DNA of 64,000 nucleotides. Source: Armatimonadota bacterium (GTDB lineage: Bacteria; Armatimonadota; HRBIN16). A program made the translations under genes and the position numbers. Each line of letters starts with the position of its first letter. Within the stretch, counting starts at the first letter, position 1. Shown here piece after piece: positions 20,098-30,153 of this stretch. A model generated the notes under the pieces. The model was not told the DNA's origin and ran no database searches. It saw only the letters and a list, made by a program, of their open reading frames with translations. The DNA lies in assembly GCA_963677485.1 (NCBI GenBank), contig OY781964.1, positions 672,001-736,000 on the forward strand, written 5' to 3'.

Positions 20098-21666
20098 ATG
20101 ATGATATTTTTAGCAGCGATGGTCGCTTTCGCAGCACCGGTCAATATTGAACCCGTGCCTGACAGCAGCGTAAGTGATACCGTGGAAGTCCGAGTGACCA
20201 CTGAAACACCGATGAACTCCGTAGAGTTCCTCATCGACGGCAAATCTGTCGGTTTCGACAGCTCTACACCCTATGTATATAAATGGGATACTGTAGCCGG
20301 TGATGAAGGTGCTCATACAGTCACGCTGGTGATGACCGACGAAAAATACCAGGTTGAACGTAAAGAGGTCAACTATGTCGTTGACAATGGGCTTGGGCAA
20401 GGGCTGGACTACTGGATCAAAGAAGCAAAAAGCCAGATGTCGACCACCAACCGTAAGCAGCTAAACGCGGCTGCGAAGCGTGCCTACAAGATCGATCCTA
20501 AGTCAGCAGTAGCCAATGCGTTGATGGGGATCGCGACTTTACGCATGGGCGACGTACCTAAAGCCAAACCTTACATTGCGATGGCTGTGGCACAGCCTAT
20601 GAGCAAAAAACTTCTCTCCGTATTGAACACATATTGGGTGGATTACGCCTTTACTGATGGTATTGATGAAGTGGAACAATACTCCACCCTAAAGACGGCC
20701 ATCACCACCAATAAGGCATTCCTCGAATCTGTGCTGGTTCAAGTGGAAAAAGGCAACAACGCGCTTGATGTCGCCACTGCCAATCTGGCACTCAATCGGT
20801 TTGAAAAAGCCGCCACCGAATACATTCGAGCTGGTAAAAAAGAGAATACTGGCGACCGCAATATGGATGCCGCTTTGTGCTGGCTGCGTGCTGGCCGATG
20901 GCACGACGCCCAGTTACTGGTCAATATGACGAAGAGCATTGACCCCACTAACCCTCGCCTCGTTCTTGTGGAAAGTGCCATCAAGAGCTGCATGGGGAAT
21001 GGTGCCGATGATATCGCATCATTGAATAGCATGACAAATCTGGCAGTGCCCATCGCCAACCTGAAGCGCTACGTGCAGATTGACATCAGCCTGCGCCTCA
21101 GCCGAAACCCCGCCGAGTGCCTGTCACTGCTTGAAGGAGCGGCAAAGGGAGGCGACACCAGTGCCATTCTGCACTACTACACAATGGTCGCCAAAACCGA
21201 GCAGCGGGAGTATCCAGACGCCGAAGAGGCCATCCAAAAAGCACTCCATTCGGACATCATGTTCTTTGATGTTTATGCCCAAAGAGGATTTACCGAGATG
21301 GCGCTCGGTAACAATGAGATCGCCGCTAAGTGGTTTGAGCTGGCGGATTTTGCCCGCCAGGATGACCCGTGGGTGCTGGCAGCAAAAGCCTACCTCTCGC
21401 GTGATAACAAGCAAGCCCTCGATTACGCCAAGCGTGCGGTAGACGGTCTTCCCAGCATTCCCTGGCCGCTGATCGTGCAGGCTTTCGTGACCAACCGAGC
21501 TGGTGCTAATGATCCAAAACTGCAGGATGCAGCCAGTGAGATGATGTCGAAAGCGCGGGCTCTTGACGGCCGCAACTTTGATATGGTGCTTGTGCGCACC
21601 CAGGTGGAAACCAGCCTGATCATGCGCCGCTACGGCCGAAAGCAGCCGCTGCCTACGCAGTATTAG
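20098..21666 (+). CDS. Exported Ig-like plus TPR protein
   Basis: VEFLIDG...PYVYKWDT...EGAHTV Ig-like segment followed by helical repeats. Confidence 0.75.
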   Translation: MMIFLAAMVAFAAPVNIEPVPDSSVSDTVEVRVTTETPMNSVEFLIDGKSVGFDSSTPYVYKWDTVAGDEGAHTVTLVMTDEKYQVERKEVNYVVDNGLGQGLDYWIKEAKSQMSTTNRKQLNAAAKRAYKIDPKSAVANALMGIATLRMGDVPKAKPYIAMAVAQPMSKKLLSVLNTYWVDYAFTDGIDEVEQYSTLKTAITTNKAFLESVLVQVEKGNNALDVATANLALNRFEKAATEYIRAGKKENTGDRNMDAALCWLRAGRWHDAQLLVNMTKSIDPTNPRLVLVESAIKSCMGNGADDIASLNSMTNLAVPIANLKRYVQIDISLRLSRNPAECLSLLEGAAKGGDTSAILHYYTMVAKTEQREYPDAEEAIQKALHSDIMFFDVYAQRGFTEMALGNNEIAAKWFELADFARQDDPWVLAAKAYLSRDNKQALDYAKRAVDGLPSIPWPLIVQAFVTNRAGANDPKLQDAASEMMSKARALDGRNFDMVLVRTQVETSLIMRRYGRKQPLPTQY

Positions 21667-21687
21667 CACCACCCGAAGGTTAGTATC

Positions 21688-21727
21688 AGCCCAGGCAGAC
21701 CACACGGTCTGCCTGGGCTATTTTTTT
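21688..21727 (+). terminator. Intrinsic terminator
   Basis: AGCCCAGGCAGACC-ACAC-GGTCTGCCTGGGCT followed by a T7 tract. Confidence 0.9.
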
Positions 21728-21746
21728 GCATCACTACGAGCCAAGC

Positions 21747-21916
21747 GTTGCCTATGTCCGGGGCGGTCTGGGTGTAGGTTAGCGGATGCAGAAGGCTCAA
21801 GACCGCGCCGGTCTGGCGGATAGCCATGAAAAATATGTGTCAGGAACAAGACCGGCGCGGTCTATAGACAGTGGTCTCCACAAGCGTACTGACAGACCGC
21901 CCCGGACATAGCCAAC
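21747..21916. repeat. 170-bp palindromic MITE-like element, copy 1
   Basis: 24-bp terminal inverted repeats (23/24 match); internal AGACCG-N3-CGGTCT hairpins; second copy at 47619-47788. Confidence 0.8.
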
Positions 21917-21943
21917 CAAGCTACTACTAACAAACACCTTACT

Positions 21944-22450
21944 TTACAGCTTGTGTTGGGTGAACATATGGGTTACGGCTTGTATCAGCCGGGGGATACG
22001 GCAACCGAAATAAGACCTTACCATGTGCCAGACCAGGCATATCCTACAGCCGCGCAGCCGAACATCCTTCAGATTCGCTCCAGACAGTATCACTCCGTCT
22101 AGTTTCGCATCACATAGATCCGCACCACTCAGATTGGCCCCCCTCAGGTCGGCCCTCCGCAAGTCAGCACGTTTCAAATCCGCGCAGGTGAGGTTCGCAT
22201 GACGTAGATCAGCTCCGGTAAGTACCGCGTCGAACATGATCGCCTTTTGCAGGTTCGCCTCTTTCATTTTCGCACCGGCCAGAGAAGCATGACACAGATA
22301 CGCACCCGCCATGTCGACTCCATTCAGATCAGCATCACCTAGGGAGGCGGCACGTAAAACATCCTTGTTAGCCTTTACCGCCGATTTCAGGTCGGTATAG
22401 TCACCGTAAACAATGACATCGGACGCTGTATTACGTACTTTAATTACCAC
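21944..22450 (-). CDS. Pentapeptide repeat protein
   Basis: Repeated A(D/N)LxG pentapeptides. Confidence 0.9.
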   Translation of the reverse strand: MVIKVRNTASDVIVYGDYTDLKSAVKANKDVLRAASLGDADLNGVDMAGAYLCHASLAGAKMKEANLQKAIMFDAVLTGADLRHANLTCADLKRADLRRADLRGANLSGADLCDAKLDGVILSGANLKDVRLRGCRICLVWHMVRSYFGCRIPRLIQAVTHMFTQHKL

Positions 22451-23296
22451 GACTGGTTACCTCGTTTGCGACAGTTAAGGCGTTGCTGTGACGAAAATAA
22501 TAGATAGGGATCATCTTTAACACTAGGATCGGTCGGAAAGGATGATGTTGTTAGTCGTGAGGTGTTGGTGTGGCTGGCGGAATTTCTGCAGCTAAGGTTG
22601 ATGAGTTCCCGTTTCAACGGGATCATACCAATTGCCCGATGTGAAGCGGCGATCGGCATTCCGTGGGCTTCTATCATTATTGAATTTCCGCGCAAATCTG
22701 ACGCAGATACATCATGCGCTTTATGGCCTATTGCCAGCTTCATGTTCATCTCCCCGGATGTTGGAATGCTAATATCACATGCCGACAGGGGCTATAAAAT
22801 ATGATGCACCAGCAAGGGCACCGTCCACCAGATGGGAACAACATGACCCATCATGCTAACATCATACATAAAAATCGTCGAATATACCAGTGCTCGAAAA
22901 AGGGAGAGATCATGTGGGGAAGGGATTCAAGCGAAAGCACCGCTCTTGAGTTCAAAGCGGTCATCTCAAGCCACCTGGCAGTTTGTTTTCAATGACGTGT
23001 TGAACTACAACAAGAGATATAATATGTTGATTAGGTATCACACTGCCAAACAACGCAACCAAGGCGTTTGGTGATCGCTTCCGTATATTGTCACAGATGC
23101 GGCCATATCTGCGGTTTTTCGATATCTGGAGGCAGCTAAATCCAAACTGCTTAAATCGGTCGGAATATGACTCAATCCTGTCGACCGACCAGCTTACCAG
23201 GCGAAATGGCCAGTATATGACGCGGGGAACAGAGCCATGCCCCAGTGGTCCGAAACCGACAAATGACCCGCAACAATACAACAAAGGAGAATACCC

Positions 23297-24025
23297 ATGA
23301 CACACACAGATTCCGCGCAGCGGATTACCGAAGCTATGAGCCTTTCTGAGGCTCCCATTGCACTCTATTACGCCAACGAACCATTACCGAATAGCTACAT
23401 GTGGAATGGTCAAAAGGGCCATTTCTGCACCATCAGCCGTATGGCGATGGTCAGACAGGGCACACCTTTATTTGTAAATGGTGAGAACCCCGGTTGTCAG
23501 GGAGGGGCGTACTTCTTGGGGTTTAGTCCTGAGGTCAGGCCTGGTTTCGAGTGTTTCTTGTCCCATGCACCTGATGGCAGCGGGGAGCGGTACAAAAAAA
23601 CACCTGAACTGGCGAAGGCCTTCATCAACAACCGCAAGTTCGTAAAAGCAACTGCTCGATATGCGGTATTCCAACGACTGTCCGATGTGCCAGATGAGGT
23701 TGTACCGGAGGTCGTCATTTTCTTCGCTCCGCCTGATGAGCTGAGCGGGCTGTTCTGGCTAGCGAATTATGGCAGTGAAGAGCAGAATGCGGTGATTTCG
23801 CCGTTCTCAGCCGGCTGCGGCAGCATTGTCAGCGAACCCAGGGCACAAGCGTTGTCTGAGCATCCTAAAGGCGTGCTAGGCATGTTCGACCCATCGGCAC
23901 GACCGCACGTCGATAAATCGCTATTGACGATTTCGGTGCCGTATGGCTTGTTCGCAGAGATGGTAGACAATATCCCTGGGAGTTTTGTGGAGATCGCTCC
24001 CTGGACACGTCTTAAAGGCCGCTAG
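23297..24025 (+). CDS. DUF169-family protein
   Basis: AAAGGAG RBS; C...GC.GG...PF.AGCGS...G.FDPSAR. Confidence 0.8.
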   Translation: MTHTDSAQRITEAMSLSEAPIALYYANEPLPNSYMWNGQKGHFCTISRMAMVRQGTPLFVNGENPGCQGGAYFLGFSPEVRPGFECFLSHAPDGSGERYKKTPELAKAFINNRKFVKATARYAVFQRLSDVPDEVVPEVVIFFAPPDELSGLFWLANYGSEEQNAVISPFSAGCGSIVSEPRAQALSEHPKGVLGMFDPSARPHVDKSLLTISVPYGLFAEMVDNIPGSFVEIAPWTRLKGR

Positions 24026-24034
24026 CGTTTCCAA

Positions 24035-27000
24035 ATGAAAGAGGGTAGTATCTTGCAGAGATGTCATAGACTTGCGTTGTTCCTGTCAGGGATCGGCGTA
24101 TTAATGGTGCTGGGATGCACTCGCCTGGCTGTAGCCACACAGGCTGGTGTGGAGGAGATAGGAAATGCCCGGTTTACGGTGGTAACACCTAACCTGATAC
24201 GCATGGAATACCATCCGAAGGGGCAGTTCGTGGATGATCCGTCGATATTTGCCGTGAACCGCGAGCTGCGGTTCCGGGACTACCGTGCGGAGATATCTGG
24301 CAAGACGCTGACGATTGACACGGGCAAGATGCGCCTGCATTATACAGACGACGGGAAACCGCTGTCTCAAGAGAACCTGAAGGTGAGCATCAATGGGGTG
24401 AAGTGGGTCCCGGGGCTGCCGAACCGCGGCAATCTGGGCGGCACTTCAAGGACCCTTGATGGTCAGTCACGGCCTTTCATGTTGGATGACGGCGTGCTCT
24501 CGACCAATGGCTGGTATCTGTTGAATGACTCCCGCAACCACCTCATGAAAGATGGCTGGGTACAGAGCCGTCCTGATACCGGAGCACAGGACTGGTACCT
24601 GTTTGGATACGGCAAGGACTACAAGGCCGCGCTGCGTTCACTCACGGCGATCAGCGGATCGGTGCCGATGCCTCGCAGATACGCACTCGGTGCCTGGTAT
24701 TCGCGATACTGGCCTTACTCCTCTGCCGACTACCGCAGGATCATCGAGGAATACCGCGTGCATGACTTCCCGATGGACGTCATCGTGATGGACATGGACT
24801 GGCACCGCGATGGCTGGACCGGCTGGAGCTGGAACAGAACGCTGCTGCCCGATGCCGAGGAGCTGCTGAGCTGGTTCCACAAGCAAGGCCTAGCCGTCAC
24901 GTTGAACCTCCATCCCGCCGATGGCGTGGGGCCGCATGAGGACGCATACCCTGCGTTCATGCGTGAGATGGGTGAAGATCCCGCCACGAAAGCTACCCTT
25001 CCGTTTGACGCAGGCGACAAAAAGTATATGGATGCTCTGTTCAAGCACGCCATCGTGCCGCTTGAAAAAGATGGCGTAGATTTTTGGTGGCTTGATTGGC
25101 AGCAATACGCCAAAACCCGATCGATCCCGGATTTGAACAACCTGACATGGTTGAACCACTACTTCTACAACCACACCGCACAGAATGACAAACGGGGTAT
25201 ATCATTCAGCCGATGGGCAGGATGGGGTGATCACCGAAATCCCATCCACTTCTCTGGCGATGCCTTCTCCAATTTCTCGATGCTGGCATTCGAGGTTCCG
25301 TTTACCTCCACCGCTGGCAATATGGGTTGCTTCTTCTGGTCACACGACATTGGCGGTCACATGGGACCTCGTAACGAGGAATCGTATACCCGATGGTGCC
25401 AGTTCGGCGCATTGACCGCCGCGATGCGCTCTCACTCGACCCGAGATGCGACTACCGATCGGCGTCCTTGGAACTACCCCAAGTGGGCCGAGAACTCGAT
25501 GCGGATCAGTTTCCGTCTGCGTTCGGTGCTATTCCCCTACATCTACTCCAGTGTGGCGCAATCGTGTCGACAATCGATACCGCTCAATCGCCCGATGTAT
25601 CTGGAGTATCCTGAAAAAGCACTAGCATACAATAACCCGCAGCAGTATCTTTTCGGCGATGCGCTGCTGGCAGCCCCTGTGGCTAGCGAGGGAGTGGGGC
25701 CCAACCGTGTGGGTCGGCAGGCGGTATGGTTCCCCAGCGGGGACTGGTATAACCTGTTCACCGGTGAACGCTACTCGGGTTCGCAGCAGGCGATGGTCAC
25801 GTCTGATATCAACGAGTTTCCCGTGTATGCCCGTGGCGGCATGCCCATCCCGATGCAGCCCTATCAAGCGCGCATGAGCTCTGCCCCGCTGAGCAGCCTC
25901 ATCGTACGCTGCTATCCTGGCGAGCAAGGCAAGACTGGTCGGTTCACCCTCTATGAGGACGATGGCATCAGTGAAGGATACAAACGCGGTGAGTCGGCTG
26001 AGACAAAACTGAGCTACACACGCAGTGGCGAGATCGCCAGTATGGTCATCTCGGCCACTAAAGGCAACTACAAGGGGCAGCTTGAAGAACGCGAACTTGT
26101 CGTGGAGTTTCCATGCACCACCAGAGCGAGTGAAGCCTCTGTGGATGGCCATCCCGTCCTCAGCAACTACAACATCGTGACGCACACCAACAGCGTCAAA
26201 GTGAGCACACGCTCGATCCGTCGGGGCTGTGTAGTCAAGGTGAAGGCTGATCTAGTAGACTTCAAGCAGCTTCAAGTTCAGCAGATCGTGCGCCGCGCTG
26301 GACTGGACCGCTCATTCAACAGGTTCGCCACAGTAAAGGCGCTGCTAAAGGCTGCTTTGCCAACAGTAACTAGTGAGGTTAACCGCGAACTGTTGCTGGC
26401 CTCCGCTGGTGTGGGCATCATGATACGAAACGACAAGCCCTACATGTACCCGGCCAACAACATGCCCTATCTGTATGTTGGGCAGGGTCTATCGAACTCC
26501 AAGATGATGAACTGGAGTTTGGTTGATGAAGATGATGCTGCCCGCACGAAACTGGCCAATGAAACATGGCCAATGAGCCCAGTCATGGTGGCACCAACAA
26601 TGGTGACCGATAATGAGCCGGTCGCACCATCGGCTTCGTTTGCTTTAACCGCAGAGTTCAAGATATCCGGAATGCCTGTGAGTTTGAGCTGCCCCTATAC
26701 GAGATGGAGCTTGAAACAAAGTAAGGGCGATGTGGCGCAACACGCGGTGGTGACGGTCAGCTCCGTACAACCGGAAACCACTAGCGTGGGAGCAAATGAT
26801 GGGGTGGTCGATGGTTACCCCGCTTCACCTGTGAATGAATGGGCCAGCAACGCAGAAAAATCTGGTGCCTGGGTGCAGCTCAACTGGGAGAAGGAGCAAA
26901 CGGTCAACCGGGTGTGGCTCTACGATCGGCCAAATGACGCTGACCAGGTTTTGTCTGGTGAGTTGAGCTTCAGCGACGGCAGCACCATGACGGTAGGTGA

Positions 27001-27139
27001 GCTACCCAACGATGGCGCAGGCGTGGCCGTCGGCTTCCCGACGAAGACAGTGAAGTGGATGAAGTTCACTATCAAGTCCGTCAGTGCCACCACCCAAAAC
27101 GCCGGACTGGCTGAGATCGCTGCATTTCGTGTAAAATAG
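24035..27139 (+). CDS. Secreted GH31 glycosidase with C-terminal F5/8-like domain
   Basis: WYSRYW, MDMDWH, FWWLDWQQ, FSGD, WSHDIGG, LYEDDG. Confidence 0.92.
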   Translation: MKEGSILQRCHRLALFLSGIGVLMVLGCTRLAVATQAGVEEIGNARFTVVTPNLIRMEYHPKGQFVDDPSIFAVNRELRFRDYRAEISGKTLTIDTGKMRLHYTDDGKPLSQENLKVSINGVKWVPGLPNRGNLGGTSRTLDGQSRPFMLDDGVLSTNGWYLLNDSRNHLMKDGWVQSRPDTGAQDWYLFGYGKDYKAALRSLTAISGSVPMPRRYALGAWYSRYWPYSSADYRRIIEEYRVHDFPMDVIVMDMDWHRDGWTGWSWNRTLLPDAEELLSWFHKQGLAVTLNLHPADGVGPHEDAYPAFMREMGEDPATKATLPFDAGDKKYMDALFKHAIVPLEKDGVDFWWLDWQQYAKTRSIPDLNNLTWLNHYFYNHTAQNDKRGISFSRWAGWGDHRNPIHFSGDAFSNFSMLAFEVPFTSTAGNMGCFFWSHDIGGHMGPRNEESYTRWCQFGALTAAMRSHSTRDATTDRRPWNYPKWAENSMRISFRLRSVLFPYIYSSVAQSCRQSIPLNRPMYLEYPEKALAYNNPQQYLFGDALLAAPVASEGVGPNRVGRQAVWFPSGDWYNLFTGERYSGSQQAMVTSDINEFPVYARGGMPIPMQPYQARMSSAPLSSLIVRCYPGEQGKTGRFTLYEDDGISEGYKRGESAETKLSYTRSGEIASMVISATKGNYKGQLEERELVVEFPCTTRASEASVDGHPVLSNYNIVTHTNSVKVSTRSIRRGCVVKVKADLVDFKQLQVQQIVRRAGLDRSFNRFATVKALLKAALPTVTSEVNRELLLASAGVGIMIRNDKPYMYPANNMPYLYVGQGLSNSKMMNWSLVDEDDAARTKLANETWPMSPVMVAPTMVTDNEPVAPSASFALTAEFKISGMPVSLSCPYTRWSLKQSKGDVAQHAVVTVSSVQPETTSVGANDGVVDGYPASPVNEWASNAEKSGAWVQLNWEKEQTVNRVWLYDRPNDADQVLSGELSFSDGSTMTVGELPNDGAGVAVGFPTKTVKWMKFTIKSVSATTQNAGLAEIAAFRVK

Positions 27140-27244
27140 CTCACTAGGAGACAAAGTTAAGCGATTAACCATATCGGCAGGCTTTGAGTTCCATTAAGAC
27201 AGATGGCATGAGCCACTGCCACAGGCAGCGTTATGGGAGGCAGC

Positions 27245-29848
27245 ATGAATCGGCGTAAATTTCTCAAATCTGGAGCCGCGGTGATCGGGGCTGGCATTCT
27301 GGGAACGGCGGGTTCTGCAGATACAAAGAAGGTGACACCACCAGCAAAATCTGCTGCTGGACCCGCAGTCCCGACAAATAGTATTCGTCCGGCCAACAGG
27401 AGGCTAGATATGGAAGTAGCGTTCAACCGCGAATGGGCTGAGGCTGTGTTCGCTGACCGCAGCTCGATCAAACAGAACCGCATCGGCATCGTGCGTGAAG
27501 AGGTGGCGGGCGACACCAAAATCAACCGCAGCACCACAAATGGTCCAATCAGCCTGCACGGTAAGACATACCAGCATGGCATCGGCGTGAACTCTTATAG
27601 CGTGATGCGGGTGACGCTGGCCCAGCCTGCGGACCGGTTTGTGGCGGATATCGGCCTGGATGATAACACAAAGGCTTTGACGGCTGGCGGAACGGTGGCC
27701 TTCCACGTGAGCGTGGCAGGCAAAGATATCTTTTCGACCCCTGTCATGCGCTGGGCCGATGGTGTGAAGTCAATTGATGTGCCTTTGAATGGTGCTCAAG
27801 AGTTTGACATCACCGTGGACGAAGGCGGAGACGGCCGTGGCTGGGACCAAGCTAACTGGGCTGATGCCAAAGTGATTTTGAAGGACGGCACTCAGTTGTG
27901 GCTTGATGAGATGTTCAAGAAGTGGCAACTCGGCACTGAAATCCCGTTCTCGTTTGTCTATGGCGGCAAGAAGTCTTCGGAACTCATAGGCAGTTGGAAG
28001 CGTGAGATTCAACAAGAGCCCGCGGGAGCTGGCCGGCTTCTTCGGACACTGACACTGACGGACCCGGTGACAGGGCTTGAGGTCAAAGCGCTCTGCACGA
28101 TCTACACCGACTGCGCAGGTGTCGACTGGACGCTGCACTTTACCAACAAGGGTAAAGCCGACACACCGGCTATTGAGCAAGTAAAGGCGGTGGATGTCTC
28201 CATCTGGCCAGACCTTTCGGGCAAGGCACCTGTGCTGCACAGACTGAACGGCGGCGGCGGAGGGGTCGATGACTGGATGCCCTTCGATGAGCCGGTGGCC
28301 ATGGGCAAACGGATCGAGTTTGCACCCCTCGCCGGTCGATCATCCATGGGGGTATGCCCGTTCTTCAACCTGGACTGGGGTGAGGCGGGTGTGATCACCG
28401 CCATCGGCTGGACAGGTCAGTGGGAAGCCTCGGTTGGCTATACCTCCGGCACCCTGCAGTTGTCAGCCGGTATGCGGCATCAGCATCTGTCATTGAAGCC
28501 TGGTGAGAGCATCCGCAGCCCGCGAGTTACCCAACTCTATTGGCAGGGCGGAGACGAGGCGCGGTCGTACAACCTGTTCCGCGAGATGATGCTGAAGCAT
28601 GTAGCACCGACCCACAATGGTGAGCCAGTGACGCCGCCCATCGCCCATTTGACCACGGCGTTCTACGAGTTTGACAACGGCACCGAAGCCGATGTTCTCT
28701 CCCACCTTAACGCCATGAAGGGGCTTGGTTTTGAATTCCTCTGGCTGGACGCCTACTACGGCAAGGATGTGTTTCCAAAGGTCGGCAACTATGTTCTGCC
28801 GATAGAACGCGGGCTGGACCTGAAGCGGTTCCCGAGAGGTATCAAGCCGATTGCCGATGCCACCCACAAAGCAGGAATGAAGTTCCTGATGTGGTTTGAG
28901 TTCGAGCGCATCTGCGGCGGCACGCTGATGGCCACCGAGCATCCCGAGTGGGTGGTGCTGCCCGATCCCAACGGCTGGGGTATGTTGAACCTGGGTCTGC
29001 CCGAAACCAGGGAGTTCATGACGAAGTTCTTCAACACCGTCATTAAAGACTACGGCATCGAGTGTATCCGTATCGATAACGCCGTCGGTTACGAGGGGTT
29101 ATGGGGCTCACTCGATGCGAAAGCCGGAACCGACCGCGTGGGCATGGCCGAAATCCGCTATGTGGAGGGGCTGTATCGTCTCATGGACGACGTGCTGGCG
29201 GCCAATCCTGGTCTGTTTTTCGATAACTGCGCCTCAGGTGGGTGCCGGGTTGACCTGGAGATGTGCCACCGCTCCATCCCGATCTGGCGCACCGACGCCA
29301 CGATCACCCCACTGTTCCAGCGCGATTTCCACCAGGCGGCACTTCAGAACCAGGTGATGACCGCGGGCCTCAGCCGATACATGCCATTCAACGCCAGCGG
29401 GCAGATGGGGGCTGATCCCTACAACTTCCGAAGCGGCTTCAATGGCGGCATCTCCTTCTGCGAAGATATCCGCCCGGCCGCGTATCCACGGGCGTTACTG
29501 AAGCAGGCGATAGCCGAAGGCAAGCGGATTCGCAAATACTTCAGCGGGAACATGTATGTGCTCACCGAGGTGACGGTCAGCCCGAAATTCTGGCAGGTGG
29601 TGCAGTATCACCGCCCAGACAAGCAGGATGGGCTGGTGATGTTGTTCCGACGGCACAAGTCCGCGTATAGCGGGTATACCCTTGATCTCCGTGAGATCGA
29701 ACCCACTGCCAAATACAGCGTGACCGTCTCGCGGAATTACAATCGGCCGGCGCCTCAGGTGATGACCGGCTCGGAGTTGAAGAGCCTCAACTTGCTTGCC
29801 GTGGAATGCCCCGACTCGTTCGTTGTGGAGTATGCAAGGATCAGTTAG
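27245..29848 (+). CDS. Tat-exported NPCBM plus GH36-like alpha-galactosidase
   Basis: RRKFLK Tat motif; NPCBM (GIGV..WDQANWADA); WLDA, WFEFER, DNCASGGCR. Confidence 0.85.
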   Translation: MNRRKFLKSGAAVIGAGILGTAGSADTKKVTPPAKSAAGPAVPTNSIRPANRRLDMEVAFNREWAEAVFADRSSIKQNRIGIVREEVAGDTKINRSTTNGPISLHGKTYQHGIGVNSYSVMRVTLAQPADRFVADIGLDDNTKALTAGGTVAFHVSVAGKDIFSTPVMRWADGVKSIDVPLNGAQEFDITVDEGGDGRGWDQANWADAKVILKDGTQLWLDEMFKKWQLGTEIPFSFVYGGKKSSELIGSWKREIQQEPAGAGRLLRTLTLTDPVTGLEVKALCTIYTDCAGVDWTLHFTNKGKADTPAIEQVKAVDVSIWPDLSGKAPVLHRLNGGGGGVDDWMPFDEPVAMGKRIEFAPLAGRSSMGVCPFFNLDWGEAGVITAIGWTGQWEASVGYTSGTLQLSAGMRHQHLSLKPGESIRSPRVTQLYWQGGDEARSYNLFREMMLKHVAPTHNGEPVTPPIAHLTTAFYEFDNGTEADVLSHLNAMKGLGFEFLWLDAYYGKDVFPKVGNYVLPIERGLDLKRFPRGIKPIADATHKAGMKFLMWFEFERICGGTLMATEHPEWVVLPDPNGWGMLNLGLPETREFMTKFFNTVIKDYGIECIRIDNAVGYEGLWGSLDAKAGTDRVGMAEIRYVEGLYRLMDDVLAANPGLFFDNCASGGCRVDLEMCHRSIPIWRTDATITPLFQRDFHQAALQNQVMTAGLSRYMPFNASGQMGADPYNFRSGFNGGISFCEDIRPAAYPRALLKQAIAEGKRIRKYFSGNMYVLTEVTVSPKFWQVVQYHRPDKQDGLVMLFRRHKSAYSGYTLDLREIEPTAKYSVTVSRNYNRPAPQVMTGSELKSLNLLAVECPDSFVVEYARIS

Positions 29849-29866
29849 TCACGATGCGAATGATGG

Positions 29867-30083
29867 TCCTGCACCCACGGAGTGGGTATGATTCTTATAG
29901 CCACGGGTGAGCGTAAGCGATACCCGTGGAGGCAGTCAAACACCATCTACCCACGAACGTGGGTCGGTTGCCGTGACCATCAGGTGCGACCCACTCCGGG
30001 GTAGGATTACTTGCGCCCTACCAGGGGTTACGCTTCGCTTACCCCTGGCTGTAATGAATCTTACCCACTTCGTGGGTGCCGGA
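29867..30083. repeat. About 215-bp multi-hairpin palindromic element
   Basis: About 60-bp imperfect terminal inverted repeats built from ACCCAC..GTGGGT and CCACGGGT..ACCCGTGG-type hairpins. Confidence 0.75.
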
Positions 30084-30153
30084 TCATCTTATGACGTATG
30101 CCATGGTCCATGGTCGGTTTTTGGCACCAACGACGCACTCTCAGGAGGCCGAA

